In this document: positions 9,254-18,990 of the stretch, one piece after another
How the letters are laid out: each line of letters opens with the position of its first letter
Numbering within the stretch: position 1 is the stretch's first letter
Sequence record: SRR2962707_1601
Direction: 5' to 3' (one strand)
DNA: 39,147 nucleotides
Notes under the pieces: generated by a model
Seen by the model: the letters and a program-made list of their open reading frames with translations, nothing else
Databases searched by the model: none
What the model was told of the DNA's origin: nothing
Translations under genes and position numbers: made by a program

Positions 9254-10641
9254 GATGTACCTCCTTTTGTCGAAACGGGAGTCAGGTTTCCTGCGGCCAA
9301 CCAAGGTTCAAGCCATTGCGTGTGAAAATCGCCCGCGCGAACGGACGGATCATCGATCAGCGCCAGATGCAGCGGGATTGTGGTTTTCAGTCCCTCCAGT
9401 TTCATGGTTTCCAGCGCCATCTTGAGTTTGTTGATCGCATCCTCGCGATCCACCCCATGGGCAATCACCTTGCCCAACAAGGAGTCGTAGAAAGGCGGTA
9501 TTTGATAGCCCTCATACAGAAAATGATCGACGCGAATGCCATCCCCTTCTGGCAGCGTCATGGCCCCAAGTTTCCCCGGCCACGGCATGAATTGCAGGAA
9601 GGGATCTTCGGCGTTGATACGCACTTCGATCGCGTGGCCGTTGCGCTGGATATCATCCTGGGTAACGCTCAGCGGCGCACCACCGCACACCCGGATCATT
9701 TCTTGCACCAGGTCGATACCAGCAATCATTTCAGTCACCGGATGTTCGACCTGAATGCGCGTGTTCATCTCGATAAAGAAGAACTCATTGCTGGTGGAGT
9801 CATAGAGATATTCCAACGTCCCGGCGCCGCAGTAATTCACCGATTTGGCCAGCGCGACAGCGGAGGCACATAGCGCGTCTCGTGTTGCGTCATCCAAACA
9901 AATGGCCCCGGCTTCTTCCCAAACCTTCTGACGGCGGCGCTGCAACGAACATTCGCGTTCAAAGCAATGTACCGCGTTTGTGCCGTCCCCCAGGATCTGC
10001 ACCTCAATATGGCGCGGCGACAGAACTGCCCGTTCAAGATATAGCCCACCATCGCCAAACGCGGCCTCGGCTTCGGCCTGTGCTTGCGGCGCCAGTTTAC
10101 GCAGTTCCGCCTCATCATCGGCGACCCGAATACCACGCCCGCCGCCACCTGCGGCCGCTTTGATCATCATCGGATAGCCCACAGACTGAGCGATTTCGAC
10201 CGCTTCATCGACGGTTTCGATACGACCCTTGGACCCGGGAACAACCGGAACACCCGCGGCCTTTGCCGCCTGGCGTGCCGCAACCTTGTCGCCCATGCGG
10301 TCTATGGTGTCGGCCGTAGGGCCGATGAAGCAAACGCCTGCCTGTTCCACGAGCCGGGCAAACTCGGCATTTTCCGACAAGAATCCGTATCCGGGATGAA
10401 CAGCATCCGCGCTGGTCTCTTTAATTGCAGCCATCACTTTTGGAACGTTCAGATAGCTGTCTTTCGATTGCGCGCCCCCAATACACACGGATTCATCAGC
10501 CAGCTTTACGGCCAGCATATCACTATCCCCTTCAGAGTAGGCCTGGATCGTCGTAATCCCCAGGCCCTTCGCGGCGCGAATGATCCGCACGGCGATTTCG
10601 CCCCGGTTCGCGATGAAAAGGCGTTTCACAGCCATGGTCAC
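9250..10641 (-). CDS. Biotin carboxylase (AccC-like ATP-grasp)
   Basis: ANRGEIA, HPGYGFLSEN, KAAAGGGGRG, RECSLQRRRQK, EMNTRIQVEH, RINAEDP, YDSLLGK. Confidence 0.93.
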   Translation of the reverse strand: MTMAVKRLFIANRGEIAVRIIRAAKGLGITTIQAYSEGDSDMLAVKLADESVCIGGAQSKDSYLNVPKVMAAIKETSADAVHPGYGFLSENAEFARLVEQAGVCFIGPTADTIDRMGDKVAARQAAKAAGVPVVPGSKGRIETVDEAVEIAQSVGYPMMIKAAAGGGGRGIRVADDEAELRKLAPQAQAEAEAAFGDGGLYLERAVLSPRHIEVQILGDGTNAVHCFERECSLQRRRQKVWEEAGAICLDDATRDALCASAVALAKSVNYCGAGTLEYLYDSTSNEFFFIEMNTRIQVEHPVTEMIAGIDLVQEMIRVCGGAPLSVTQDDIQRNGHAIEVRINAEDPFLQFMPWPGKLGAMTLPEGDGIRVDHFLYEGYQIPPFYDSLLGKVIAHGVDREDAINKLKMALETMKLEGLKTTIPLHLALIDDPSVRAGDFHTQWLEPWLAAGNLTPVSTKGGTS

Positions 10642-10877
10642 GTGTCCAATTCTGCCAAAACGTCACCCGCCATGATCGGCGCGGCATCTTTTGCGACATA
10701 GTCAAGAAAAGTACCGGCCACCTCGGATTTGACTTCGATAAAGGTCTTCATCACCTCAACCAGACCAATGGTGTCACCCACCGCGACGGCATCTCCCTTG
10801 GCTTTGAACGGCGCGTCATCTGGCGAAGGCTTTTGATAAAACACGCCTGGTAGAGGGGATTGAATTGAATCGGCCAT
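10638..10877 (-). CDS. Stand-alone biotin carboxyl carrier protein (79 aa)
   Basis: SPLPGVFY...GD...EVMKT biotinylation motif; no N-terminal linker domain. Confidence 0.9.
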   Translation of the reverse strand: MADSIQSPLPGVFYQKPSPDDAPFKAKGDAVAVGDTIGLVEVMKTFIEVKSEVAGTFLDYVAKDAAPIMAGDVLAELDT

Positions 10878-10892
10878 GTGGTTTCCCTTTTT

Positions 10893-11678
10893 TCACTTAC
10901 TGGTGTGTTCAAGAACGGTTGCGGCGGGGGCAACTGCGATTCCCGCATCGCTCAACCCGCTTCGAATTGCCTTGCCGATAGACAAGGCACCCGGCGTATC
11001 AGAATGAAAACAGATGGATTCAAATCCGATTTCAATTTCTGTACCTTCGACGGTTGTTACCATGCCGGTGGTGCAGGCTTTGACGCATTTGGCCGCGATT
11101 GCCTCCGGGTCCGGACGCACGACCTGACGTTTGAAGACAATGGAGCCACTGTCGTCATAGTCGCGGTCCGCATAAAACTCTCGCACAACCGGGTAGCTTC
11201 GCCGCTTCGCGATTTCATAGGTTTTGGAGGCCTCCATACAAAACAGGAGGGTGCCACCGGTCGTTTGTATCAGCGTGTCGATCAGCCGTTGAGACAGTTC
11301 TTCATTTACCGCCGCTTCCATATACAAAGCGCCATGAGGTTTGATGTGCTGCAATGGAATGCCATGACGCCGACCGAATTCTCTGATCGCCCCGACCTGA
11401 TAAACAATGTCATTCACCAGCTCTTCAGAATTGGTTTTGATGTAGCGGCGACCAAACCCCTGCAAATCTCGGTAACCGGGATGCGCGCCCAAACCAACCC
11501 CATGGGTCTGAGCAAGCTTGATCACCCGGTTCATGGAATTGGGATCCCCGGCATGGAAACCTGCGGCGATATTGGCCGAGCTGATCAAGGCCATGATCTC
11601 TTCATCTGGCGCATCGCCCAGAACCCATTGGCCAAAGCCTTCGCCCATATCACAGTTCAAATCGACAACTTCGCGCAT
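10893..11678 (-). CDS. LamB/YcsF family protein (PxpA-like)
   Basis: [61 protein letters not shown]. Start placed at ATG 11678 (MREVVDLN). Confidence 0.92.
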   Translation of the reverse strand: MREVVDLNCDMGEGFGQWVLGDAPDEEIMALISSANIAAGFHAGDPNSMNRVIKLAQTHGVGLGAHPGYRDLQGFGRRYIKTNSEELVNDIVYQVGAIREFGRRHGIPLQHIKPHGALYMEAAVNEELSQRLIDTLIQTTGGTLLFCMEASKTYEIAKRRSYPVVREFYADRDYDDSGSIVFKRQVVRPDPEAIAAKCVKACTTGMVTTVEGTEIEIGFESICFHSDTPGALSIGKAIRSGLSDAGIAVAPAATVLEHTSK

Positions 11679-11754
11679 GCTTTGTGGTCCCCAATCAAAG
11701 TTGCCAAATGATTGAGCCGAAGCACACTTTATGTAAAATACAAAATTCTTTAGA

Positions 11755-11905
11755 CGCATTATCGATTTTTTAGATACAAAAAATTATTCACATCCTGCCC
11801 AAAATACCGACATTCATGCGATTTTTCCGGTTCAATTTAGGCATAACGCTTTAAATATCTGATTTTTTAATGATATAAAAAATAACATCGAAAAATCAGA
11901 GGTCA
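11755..11905. promoter_or_regulatory. AT-rich divergent promoter region with candidate LysR boxes
   Basis: ATCGATTTTTTAGAT (11761-11775) and ATCGAAAAATCAGAG (11887-11901) fit ATC-N9-GA(T), which contains T-N11-A. Perfect inverted repeat TCTGATTTTT (11858-11867) / AAAAATCAGA (11891-11900). Confidence 0.6.
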
Positions 11906-11909
11906 AAAA

Positions 11910-12821
11910 ATGAACTTCCGACATCTCAAGTTTTTCGTGGCAACCGCGGAATCAGGTCAGGTCAGCCGCGCGGCGTCCCAGCTCTCGATTTCGCAATCCG
12001 CCGTGACCAGCGCAGTCAAGGAACTTGAAGCCGAACTTGGCGCCCAGCTGTTTTTGCGCTCTGCACATGGGATGGAGCTCACCGAAGCCGGACGCGATTT
12101 TCTGGCCTCGTCGCGCGACATTCTGGAAAAGCTCGAACAGGCCAAGCGGATCGCTCAACGGAATTCTCCCGCCAAAGGCGTCATTTCCCTCGCTGCAACC
12201 TATACCGTGATCGGGTATTTTCTGCCCTATCACCTGGATCGTCTTGGCCATCTCTTTCCCAATCTTGAGATCCGGATCAGTGAATTGAACCGCGAAAGCA
12301 TCGAAGAGGGTTTGATGACTGACCGATTTGACCTCGCCATGGTCCTGACGTCGAACCTGACCAATCCAGAACTGCAGACCGAGACCCTCCTGAAATCGAC
12401 CCGGCGTTTATGGGCGGCCAACAGTCACAAATTCATTCGCCAAGGCCGCGCGACCTTTGAGGAAATTGCCGAGGAAGACTATATCATGCTGACTGTAGAT
12501 GAGGCCGCCAATACAACGATGCGATATTGGGGGCTCAACACCCATCAACCAAAAGTCAAAATCCGCACCTCCAGCGTCGAAGCCGTGCGCTCCATGGTGG
12601 CAAACGGCCAGGGCGTTACGGTTTTGTCAGACATGGTCTACCGCCCTTGGTCACTCGAAGGGAAAAGGATCGGGACCGTCCCGACCGATCAGGAAATCCC
12701 GACGATGGATGTTGGACTCGCCTGGCGCAAAGGGATTACTTTCTCGCAACCTGTGGCCTCCGTGGCAGACTACTTCCGCCAGGTCTTCCTGTCGCCCCAA
12801 TCACACGAGCCTCGAGGCTAG
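11910..12821 (+). CDS. LysR family transcriptional regulator
   Basis: N-terminal HTH (FVATAESGQVSRAASQLSISQSAVTSAVKELEAELG..LF.R), 303 aa, divergent from the catabolic operon. Confidence 0.95.
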   Translation: MNFRHLKFFVATAESGQVSRAASQLSISQSAVTSAVKELEAELGAQLFLRSAHGMELTEAGRDFLASSRDILEKLEQAKRIAQRNSPAKGVISLAATYTVIGYFLPYHLDRLGHLFPNLEIRISELNRESIEEGLMTDRFDLAMVLTSNLTNPELQTETLLKSTRRLWAANSHKFIRQGRATFEEIAEEDYIMLTVDEAANTTMRYWGLNTHQPKVKIRTSSVEAVRSMVANGQGVTVLSDMVYRPWSLEGKRIGTVPTDQEIPTMDVGLAWRKGITFSQPVASVADYFRQVFLSPQSHEPRG

Positions 12822-12899
12822 TGCCGCCCTTTCATCTTTCCCAAAATACTCAAATCATAGCCGATCTGCCCAACCGAACCTTGGTCGTAAATTACGCGC

Positions 12900-14111
12900 C
12901 TAACCGGGATTGCGCTCAATCAATCGTGCGCCATCCGTCACATCGTCACTCGGGTGCGTGATGACCCGGTCGCCTTCTGTTAGCCCCTCCAGCACTTGGC
13001 CCAATCCGGAGCTGCGATGCCCAATCACGACCTCTTGGCGACGCGCCAAGCCATCGACGTCCAAATAGACCGACCAGATATCGCCCTGGCGAAACAGCGC
13101 ACTCAAAGGGACTCGCAGCGCATCCGGCGTTTCCCATTCTATGATCCTTAGGTAGACAGCGAACCCGTCGCCCAACCCCGCCCGGTCCTTGACGGGAGAG
13201 GTCAGATCAAAAATCGCATCGACTCGCTGCTCTTCGATCCCCAGAGCTGACATTTTTGTCCGCGCCGCGGGTTCGACCCGTGCCAATTTCGCCGCAAGCG
13301 GGCTGCCCCCTCCCCAGCGTTCGACGACTGCCGAGGCCCCAACGTCCAGACGCACTGCATCGCTCGACAGCAAATCTCCGACCAACTCAAGCTCCGCAGG
13401 GTCCCCAATCGACAGCAACGGCATTCCGGCCGTGACGGGCCGCTCACTGATCACGGGCACTGACAGCACCACCCCATCTGCCGGGGCGATCAGTTGAACG
13501 CAGCAATTCAGGTCGACCGGCTGGTTGGCTTCGGGCTCGATCAGCGCCGCCTTGACCCGGGTTAATGTACCCTGCGCAAGGTCGATGCGCGCCCGGGCGG
13601 CATCTGTCGCCGCAGTTGCAATGGCTGCGGCCTGACGGGCATCGTCAAGCTGCGTCGAAGACGCCACACCGCGATCTGCAAGAGTTTTTACTCGGGCAAG
13701 CTGCGTCTGCGCGAAAGACTGATCTTCCAGTGCCTTTCGCAAATCGGTCTCCGCCACGCTCACCGAAGCCTCGGCCTCTTTTACCGCAGCTTCGGCCTGA
13801 GAGCGGGACCGGCTGTCCAGCAAGCTGGGGGCAATGGGTTCAACAATTGCGACAACCGTTTCGCCCGCCGTGACCCTGTCCCCAACAGAGACCGGAGAGC
13901 GCAGCGCCGTTCCAGTAATTGGGCTCGCCACATCATAGATTTCCTTGATCTGTGTGCGGCCATCCGCATCAATCGTGATCTGCAAAGGCCCACGATCCAC
14001 AGTATAGAGATCAACTGGCACGGGGTCCGGCCGAAAACTGACAAAGAGCAGAGTTGCCACAAGCGTCAAACCAAGAGCGACAAGAACGACAGTTCGGGTT
14101 TTCAGATGCAT
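12900..14111 (-). CDS. Periplasmic adaptor / membrane fusion protein (HlyD/MacA family)
   Basis: N-terminal TM anchor, lipoyl half-motifs (VASPITG..VGDRV; LIAPADGVV), coiled-coil hairpin, SALGIEEQRV, EGLTEGDRVI. Confidence 0.9.
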   Translation of the reverse strand: MHLKTRTVVLVALGLTLVATLLFVSFRPDPVPVDLYTVDRGPLQITIDADGRTQIKEIYDVASPITGTALRSPVSVGDRVTAGETVVAIVEPIAPSLLDSRSRSQAEAAVKEAEASVSVAETDLRKALEDQSFAQTQLARVKTLADRGVASSTQLDDARQAAAIATAATDAARARIDLAQGTLTRVKAALIEPEANQPVDLNCCVQLIAPADGVVLSVPVISERPVTAGMPLLSIGDPAELELVGDLLSSDAVRLDVGASAVVERWGGGSPLAAKLARVEPAARTKMSALGIEEQRVDAIFDLTSPVKDRAGLGDGFAVYLRIIEWETPDALRVPLSALFRQGDIWSVYLDVDGLARRQEVVIGHRSSGLGQVLEGLTEGDRVITHPSDDVTDGARLIERNPG

Positions 14112-14115
14112 AAGC

Positions 14116-16488
14116 TCATTCCCTTGTTTTCATGACCGCAATCAGATCAAGCCTATCCAAGCGCCGCCGAACAATCAGAACCGACGCCAATGCAGCAGCA
14201 AGGACGACCAGACTGGACAGCGCGAAAATAGACGGCTTGAGAACGAGCGGTATTGTATACAGATCACTGGAAAACCCTTGCGCCATGGCGCTTGATATCC
14301 ACGCGCCCAGCAGCCAGCCTACAGGTTGGGCCAACAAGGCCAACAACAGGCTTTCCCCGATAAAGATGAACGAGACCTCCCCGCTGGAGAACCCCAGGAT
14401 GCGAAGACTCGCCAGTTCGCGGGCCCGTTCAGACAGCAGGATACGCGCCCCATTATAGGCCACGCCGACGGTGATCAGCACGGCTATGGTGATGTAAATG
14501 GTATTCGTAATGACAACGTTTTCCCGAATAGTATCGTGAAAGGCTCTGCGGGTGTCATTCATCATGATGGTCCCGGCGAGTTTTGGAATATCCTTGATCG
14601 CCGTCTGAAATGCAGAATCCTCGGAAGCGTCGATTGAAATGTTGGCCACCGAAATCCGCGGGGCCTGTCGGAACAATTGATTGGCATATGCCAAGTCCAT
14701 ATAGGCACCAATGCCAAAATATTGCGTCACCGTCCCCGAGACCGTCAGATCAAATGCCTCACGCCGACCGGTCAAAAACGCGACTTCGATCAGATCGCCC
14801 GCCTGAACCTGTAACAGCTGCGCCAAACGGTCAGACACCAAAATCCCACCGGGTGGCACGTTCAGCGCGCGCCCTTTGTCATTCACGACCCGGCTCAGGT
14901 CTGCATCGGGCGTTCGCGCCTCAATCGACACTGTCTTTGAGAGCGCACCGTTTTTCAGGACGGCAGCATGATATTGTTGGCCCTCGGCCTGAAGCACCCC
15001 TGGCAAACGCCGCACCTCTGCCAGAGCAGAGACAGGGACGTCTTGCGAAAAGAGGAGTGTGGCGTCCTGTCGATTGGATTGGTTAAACGCCGAATCCACG
15101 ATGCTATCCAGCGCATCATTCAGAAAGAATGCGGCCACTATCGAAGCCACTGCGAAAGCGAGCCCGAGAGTGGTCAACGCACTTCGCAACGGCCAACGGA
15201 AGACGCTGCGCAAGATCATCGTGACGCTTTGGGACAAATGCAAAGCCGTCAGGCCAATATCCACGATGGACCGTTTAAATCGAGGCGGCGCAGGAGGCTG
15301 CATGGCAATTGCAGGAGCAAGCGCCGCTGCCGCAAGTGCACTGCGGGCCGCCCCCAAGGTTGTCGCAAAGAGCGCCGCCAAACCCGACATGGCGAAAACC
15401 CAATAGGACATTTGAAACAACAAATACGGAAAGTTAAAGAACTGAGCATATTGCCCAGCAACCGCCAGAGCCAGCCAAAGACCGGCGGCCCATCCAATAA
15501 AAATACCGCACAGCGCCACCAGCCCTGCAAGCATCAAGTAATGAAGGCAGATTTCCAGATCGGAATAGCCGATGGCTTTGAGCAGCCCAATCTCGCTCCG
15601 TTCCAGCGCCACAATGCGGCCCATCACCATGCTGACAAGGAAGGCCGATATTCCAAAGAATATCGGTGGCAAAATCAGGGACATACCGCGCAGTTGGGTG
15701 ATTTCAGCATCGACAAAGGCGTCCGATCCGTGACGGCTCCGGTCAAAAGCCCCTAGTCCGCCATAGGGCTCAAGCAATCGATCCAATTGGTCAATCACTT
15801 CTTCGGACCGGGTGTTGGGCGACAATTTCAACGAAACATCGTTAAAGGCCCCAGTCATGTCAAAAACCGCCGCAGCCGCGCGTTTTGGCATCCAGATGAT
15901 GCCATAACCTTCGTTGTCAGGCATCAATGCGCCCGGCCCGATTGTATAGATGAATTCGGGCGACAAGACGGTGCCCGAAATCCGGAGTGCCCGCTTTTGT
16001 CCGTTAAGGTTTGCAAAGAACACGTCGCCGGGCCAAAGACCATTGGCCTGAGCAAAAGGCTCATTAACCAGAACATCCGTGCTCGACATCGGATCAGGCC
16101 AATCCCCGCTGCGCAAGACCGGTACATTTAACTGAGGCAGCCCATTGGCAGGTAAGGACAAAATTTTACCCACACCCGAGGCATCCCGTCCGGGTATATC
16201 CAGTATGGCATTCGCCGATGTCCGGGCCTCAACGGCATAAACTCCGGGAATGGCCATTATTTCAGATAGCAGACGTTCCGGCGCCCGTATCATCGATGCA
16301 AAAACATCGGCAAAGCGGTTGCGCTCATAATAGGTGTTCCGGGTCTCGTTCAGGGCCCGATACATGCCAAAGGACATCACCAGAATCGCGACCCCGCAGG
16401 CCAGAACCAGCGAAATCGCTAAGGCCTGTGCCCAAAGACGCTTGAAGTCGCGGAGCAACTTTTTATCCAGCGTGTGCATATTCACCAC
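14116..16488 (-). CDS. FtsX/MacB-like ABC permease with two repeated modules
   Basis: [14 protein letters not shown] and [15 protein letters not shown] motifs, two large periplasmic domains. Start may be ATG 16479. Confidence 0.9.
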   Translation of the reverse strand: MVNMHTLDKKLLRDFKRLWAQALAISLVLACGVAILVMSFGMYRALNETRNTYYERNRFADVFASMIRAPERLLSEIMAIPGVYAVEARTSANAILDIPGRDASGVGKILSLPANGLPQLNVPVLRSGDWPDPMSSTDVLVNEPFAQANGLWPGDVFFANLNGQKRALRISGTVLSPEFIYTIGPGALMPDNEGYGIIWMPKRAAAAVFDMTGAFNDVSLKLSPNTRSEEVIDQLDRLLEPYGGLGAFDRSRHGSDAFVDAEITQLRGMSLILPPIFFGISAFLVSMVMGRIVALERSEIGLLKAIGYSDLEICLHYLMLAGLVALCGIFIGWAAGLWLALAVAGQYAQFFNFPYLLFQMSYWVFAMSGLAALFATTLGAARSALAAAALAPAIAMQPPAPPRFKRSIVDIGLTALHLSQSVTMILRSVFRWPLRSALTTLGLAFAVASIVAAFFLNDALDSIVDSAFNQSNRQDATLLFSQDVPVSALAEVRRLPGVLQAEGQQYHAAVLKNGALSKTVSIEARTPDADLSRVVNDKGRALNVPPGGILVSDRLAQLLQVQAGDLIEVAFLTGRREAFDLTVSGTVTQYFGIGAYMDLAYANQLFRQAPRISVANISIDASEDSAFQTAIKDIPKLAGTIMMNDTRRAFHDTIRENVVITNTIYITIAVLITVGVAYNGARILLSERARELASLRILGFSSGEVSFIFIGESLLLALLAQPVGWLLGAWISSAMAQGFSSDLYTIPLVLKPSIFALSSLVVLAAALASVLIVRRRLDRLDLIAVMKTRE

Positions 16489-17189
16489 ACGATCTCCGAG
16501 GGTGACAGCAAGTCTGTGTTGGTTTCTTCCCGGCTGATCTTACCATCCTGAAAGAAGATAACACGATGCGCCATTTTCCGAATTTCAGCGTTATGGGTGA
16601 TGACCACAGTTGTCGTGCCGAACTGATCATTGATGTGACGCAGCGCCTCAAGAACCTGCACTCCGGTCGAACTATCCAAGGCGCCTGTCGGCTCATCGCA
16701 CAAAAGAATTTCGGGGCGTTTCGCAATCGCACGGGCAATTGCCACGCGTTGCTGCTCTCCGCCTGACAATTGCGACGGAAAATGATCCATCCGATGCTGA
16801 AGACCCACAAGCGCTAAGGCGTCTGACGCTTTCATGGGGTTCACAGCAACATCGGTAACAAGCTGAACATTTTCCCGCGCAGTCAGGCTAGGAACCAAAT
16901 TGTAGAACTGGAAGACAAAGCCAACATGATTGCGCCGGTACAAGGTCAGCCCCTTGTCGGTCATGTTTGTTATTTCCTGATCGCGGAACCAAACCCGGCC
17001 AGACGAGACATGATCAAGCCCACCCAAAATGTTCAGAAGCGTCGATTTTCCGCTACCCGAAGGGCCAAGCAAAACCGTTAACTCACCGGAATAAAGCGCC
17101 AGGTCGACACCCGCCAAGGCCCAGACTTTTACGTCACCCGTCGAATAGACTTTTGTAATGGCTTCCGTTTTGAAAATGATCTGTGACAC
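16482..17189 (-). CDS. ABC ATP-binding protein (LolD/MacB type)
   Basis: [39 protein letters not shown]. Confidence 0.93.
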   Translation of the reverse strand: MSQIIFKTEAITKVYSTGDVKVWALAGVDLALYSGELTVLLGPSGSGKSTLLNILGGLDHVSSGRVWFRDQEITNMTDKGLTLYRRNHVGFVFQFYNLVPSLTARENVQLVTDVAVNPMKASDALALVGLQHRMDHFPSQLSGGEQQRVAIARAIAKRPEILLCDEPTGALDSSTGVQVLEALRHINDQFGTTTVVITHNAEIRKMAHRVIFFQDGKISREETNTDLLSPSEIVW

Positions 17190-17359
17190 CGCAGGCCCCC
17201 TTTCGCTCAGTAAATCAATCGAGGCCTTGGGTGTCTTTGATCTAACTCAGGTCGAGCGCGCGAGAAATTCTCGGAAATCTTGATGCCAGAAATTAGTAGT
17301 ATGCTTTCTGACATGTTACAGGTAGCATCAGAAACAACATGATTCTTGTGAGAGACAAA

Positions 17360-18238
17360 ATGCGTATTGAATTCGGAATTTCGGCAGCTCTGGTGACGCC
17401 ATTTGATACGAATGGAAACGTCGACCACAGCGCACTTATTGATCACGCTAAGCACACGGTTGGCCTTGGGGCTGACGGGGTGACCTTATTTGGAACAACG
17501 GGCGAAGGCGCATCACTAAGCCAATCCGAACGCACCGCCGTTCTGGAGGCCATGGTTTCCGCAAATTTCGACATGGGCTGTGTCACCGCCACTGTTTATG
17601 CCAATTCGGTTCAAGACGCGTTTGAACAGGCTGCAATCGCCTTTGATCATGGCGTTCGGAGAATTCTCCTGCCCCCGCCCTTTTACTTCAAAGACATCAG
17701 CACTGACGCTCTAAGTCTTTGGTTCAGCCAGGTTATGGCCGGGTTGCCAAAAGGCATGCAGGTGATCCTGTACCATATTCCTCAGATCACGATGGTGCCG
17801 TTGCCACCTCAGATGGTTCACGATTTGCAGCAGAAATTCCCCGACCAAGTGGTTGCCGTCAAAGACAGCTCTGGCAATTGGGAAAACTCTGCGGAGTTGC
17901 TGACTAATCCCGAACTTGCGGTGCTGATCGGCGATGAACGCCAATTACCCAAAGCTGCCGCTTTGGGGGGCGCCGGCGCAATCAGCGGGATGGCCAATTT
18001 GTTCCCTGACCGGATGAAAACCATTATGGCGACTTCAGAGCCGGACCTTGATTTGTTTGATCTCGTCAATGTTCTGGTCACTTTGCCTGTCACACCAGCA
18101 GTCAAAGCCATTGTTGGCCAAATGTACAATGACAACAGCTGGCAACGTGTTCGCAGCCCGCTTGTTTCAACACCTCAGAGCGCGTTGCCGCCATTGTTTG
18201 ATCTGTTAACCTCACTACTGTCGGAAACAGTAGAGTAA
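17360..18238 (+). CDS. DapA/NAL-family Schiff-base lyase (probable keto-deoxy sugar-acid aldolase/dehydratase)
   Basis: LVTPF, GTTGEG, PPFY, LYHIPQ, KDSSG (catalytic Lys). Context argues against lysine-biosynthesis DapA. Start 17360 or 17339. Confidence 0.82.
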   Translation: MRIEFGISAALVTPFDTNGNVDHSALIDHAKHTVGLGADGVTLFGTTGEGASLSQSERTAVLEAMVSANFDMGCVTATVYANSVQDAFEQAAIAFDHGVRRILLPPPFYFKDISTDALSLWFSQVMAGLPKGMQVILYHIPQITMVPLPPQMVHDLQQKFPDQVVAVKDSSGNWENSAELLTNPELAVLIGDERQLPKAAALGGAGAISGMANLFPDRMKTIMATSEPDLDLFDLVNVLVTLPVTPAVKAIVGQMYNDNSWQRVRSPLVSTPQSALPPLFDLLTSLLSETVE

Positions 18239-18241
18239 GAA

Positions 18242-18904
18242 ATGATGGCCCAGCCCTCCAAATCGATCCCATTGCGCGACATGGCATATGCCAGTTTCAC
18301 AGAAAAGCTGCTGGCTCGGGATATACTGCCTGGGCAAATCATTTCTCAGCGCGAATTGGTGGACCTGACCGGTCTGCCCCTTGGTGCCATCCGCGAGATG
18401 ATCCCAAGGTTGGAGGCAGACGGCCTAATTCAGACCGTTCCGAAAAAAGGTGTGCAGATCACCAGCATCGATTTGGAATTAGTCCGAAACGCTTTTCAAT
18501 TGCGGCAGATACTGGAGCGCGAGGCGATTTCGCGCTTTTGCGAAAGCGCGGAACAAAGCAAAATCACTCAGTTTCATGATGAGCATAGCGCCATTCTTGA
18601 AACAGCCCTTAAAGGCGTGACGCCTGAGCTTTTGACCCGCGCCCAGCACATGGACTGGGCCTTTCATGACCACGTCATTGATGCCCTTGGGAACACATTG
18701 ATTTCTAATACGTACCGCGTGAATTCGATAAAAATCCGACTGATCCGCAATGCAGACACTCGAATGCTGCCAGAGCTGGTTGTCTCGGTTCTGCATGAAC
18801 ATCTCGCAATCATATCGGCCCTTTCCACCAGAGACGTCAACGCCTCGGTCAAGGCGCTTGATGCGCATATGGCAAGCGCAAAACGCCGGGCTTTGGGGGT
18901 TTAA
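18242..18904 (+). CDS. GntR family regulator (FadR/FCD type)
   Basis: N-terminal wHTH (LPGQIISQRELVDLTG...IREMIPRLEADGL); FCD-type DWAFH, EHLAII, DAHM. Confidence 0.9.
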   Translation: MMAQPSKSIPLRDMAYASFTEKLLARDILPGQIISQRELVDLTGLPLGAIREMIPRLEADGLIQTVPKKGVQITSIDLELVRNAFQLRQILEREAISRFCESAEQSKITQFHDEHSAILETALKGVTPELLTRAQHMDWAFHDHVIDALGNTLISNTYRVNSIKIRLIRNADTRMLPELVVSVLHEHLAIISALSTRDVNASVKALDAHMASAKRRALGV

Positions 18905-18990
18905 GGCGACGAGACGCGTCGCTGGAGGGAACGATGCTAGAAACTTTGAAGGCTCGCCTTCAAGTCACGAAACTCAAGGAGGAGAAAACA

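Noticed and set aside
9250-10877. Calling these housekeeping accC/accB
   Set aside because: The BCCP is minimal, there is no accA/accD, and both genes are coupled to Pxp/LamB-family genes in a LysR-controlled catabolic operon.
3453-16131. Long plus-strand ORFs such as 3453-4187, 6249-6893, 7600-8358, 8369-9187, 9235-9873, 10878-11711 and 14968-15756
   Set aside because: They lie antisense to well-supported genes and have no recognisable motifs; typical shadow ORFs of GC-rich coding DNA.
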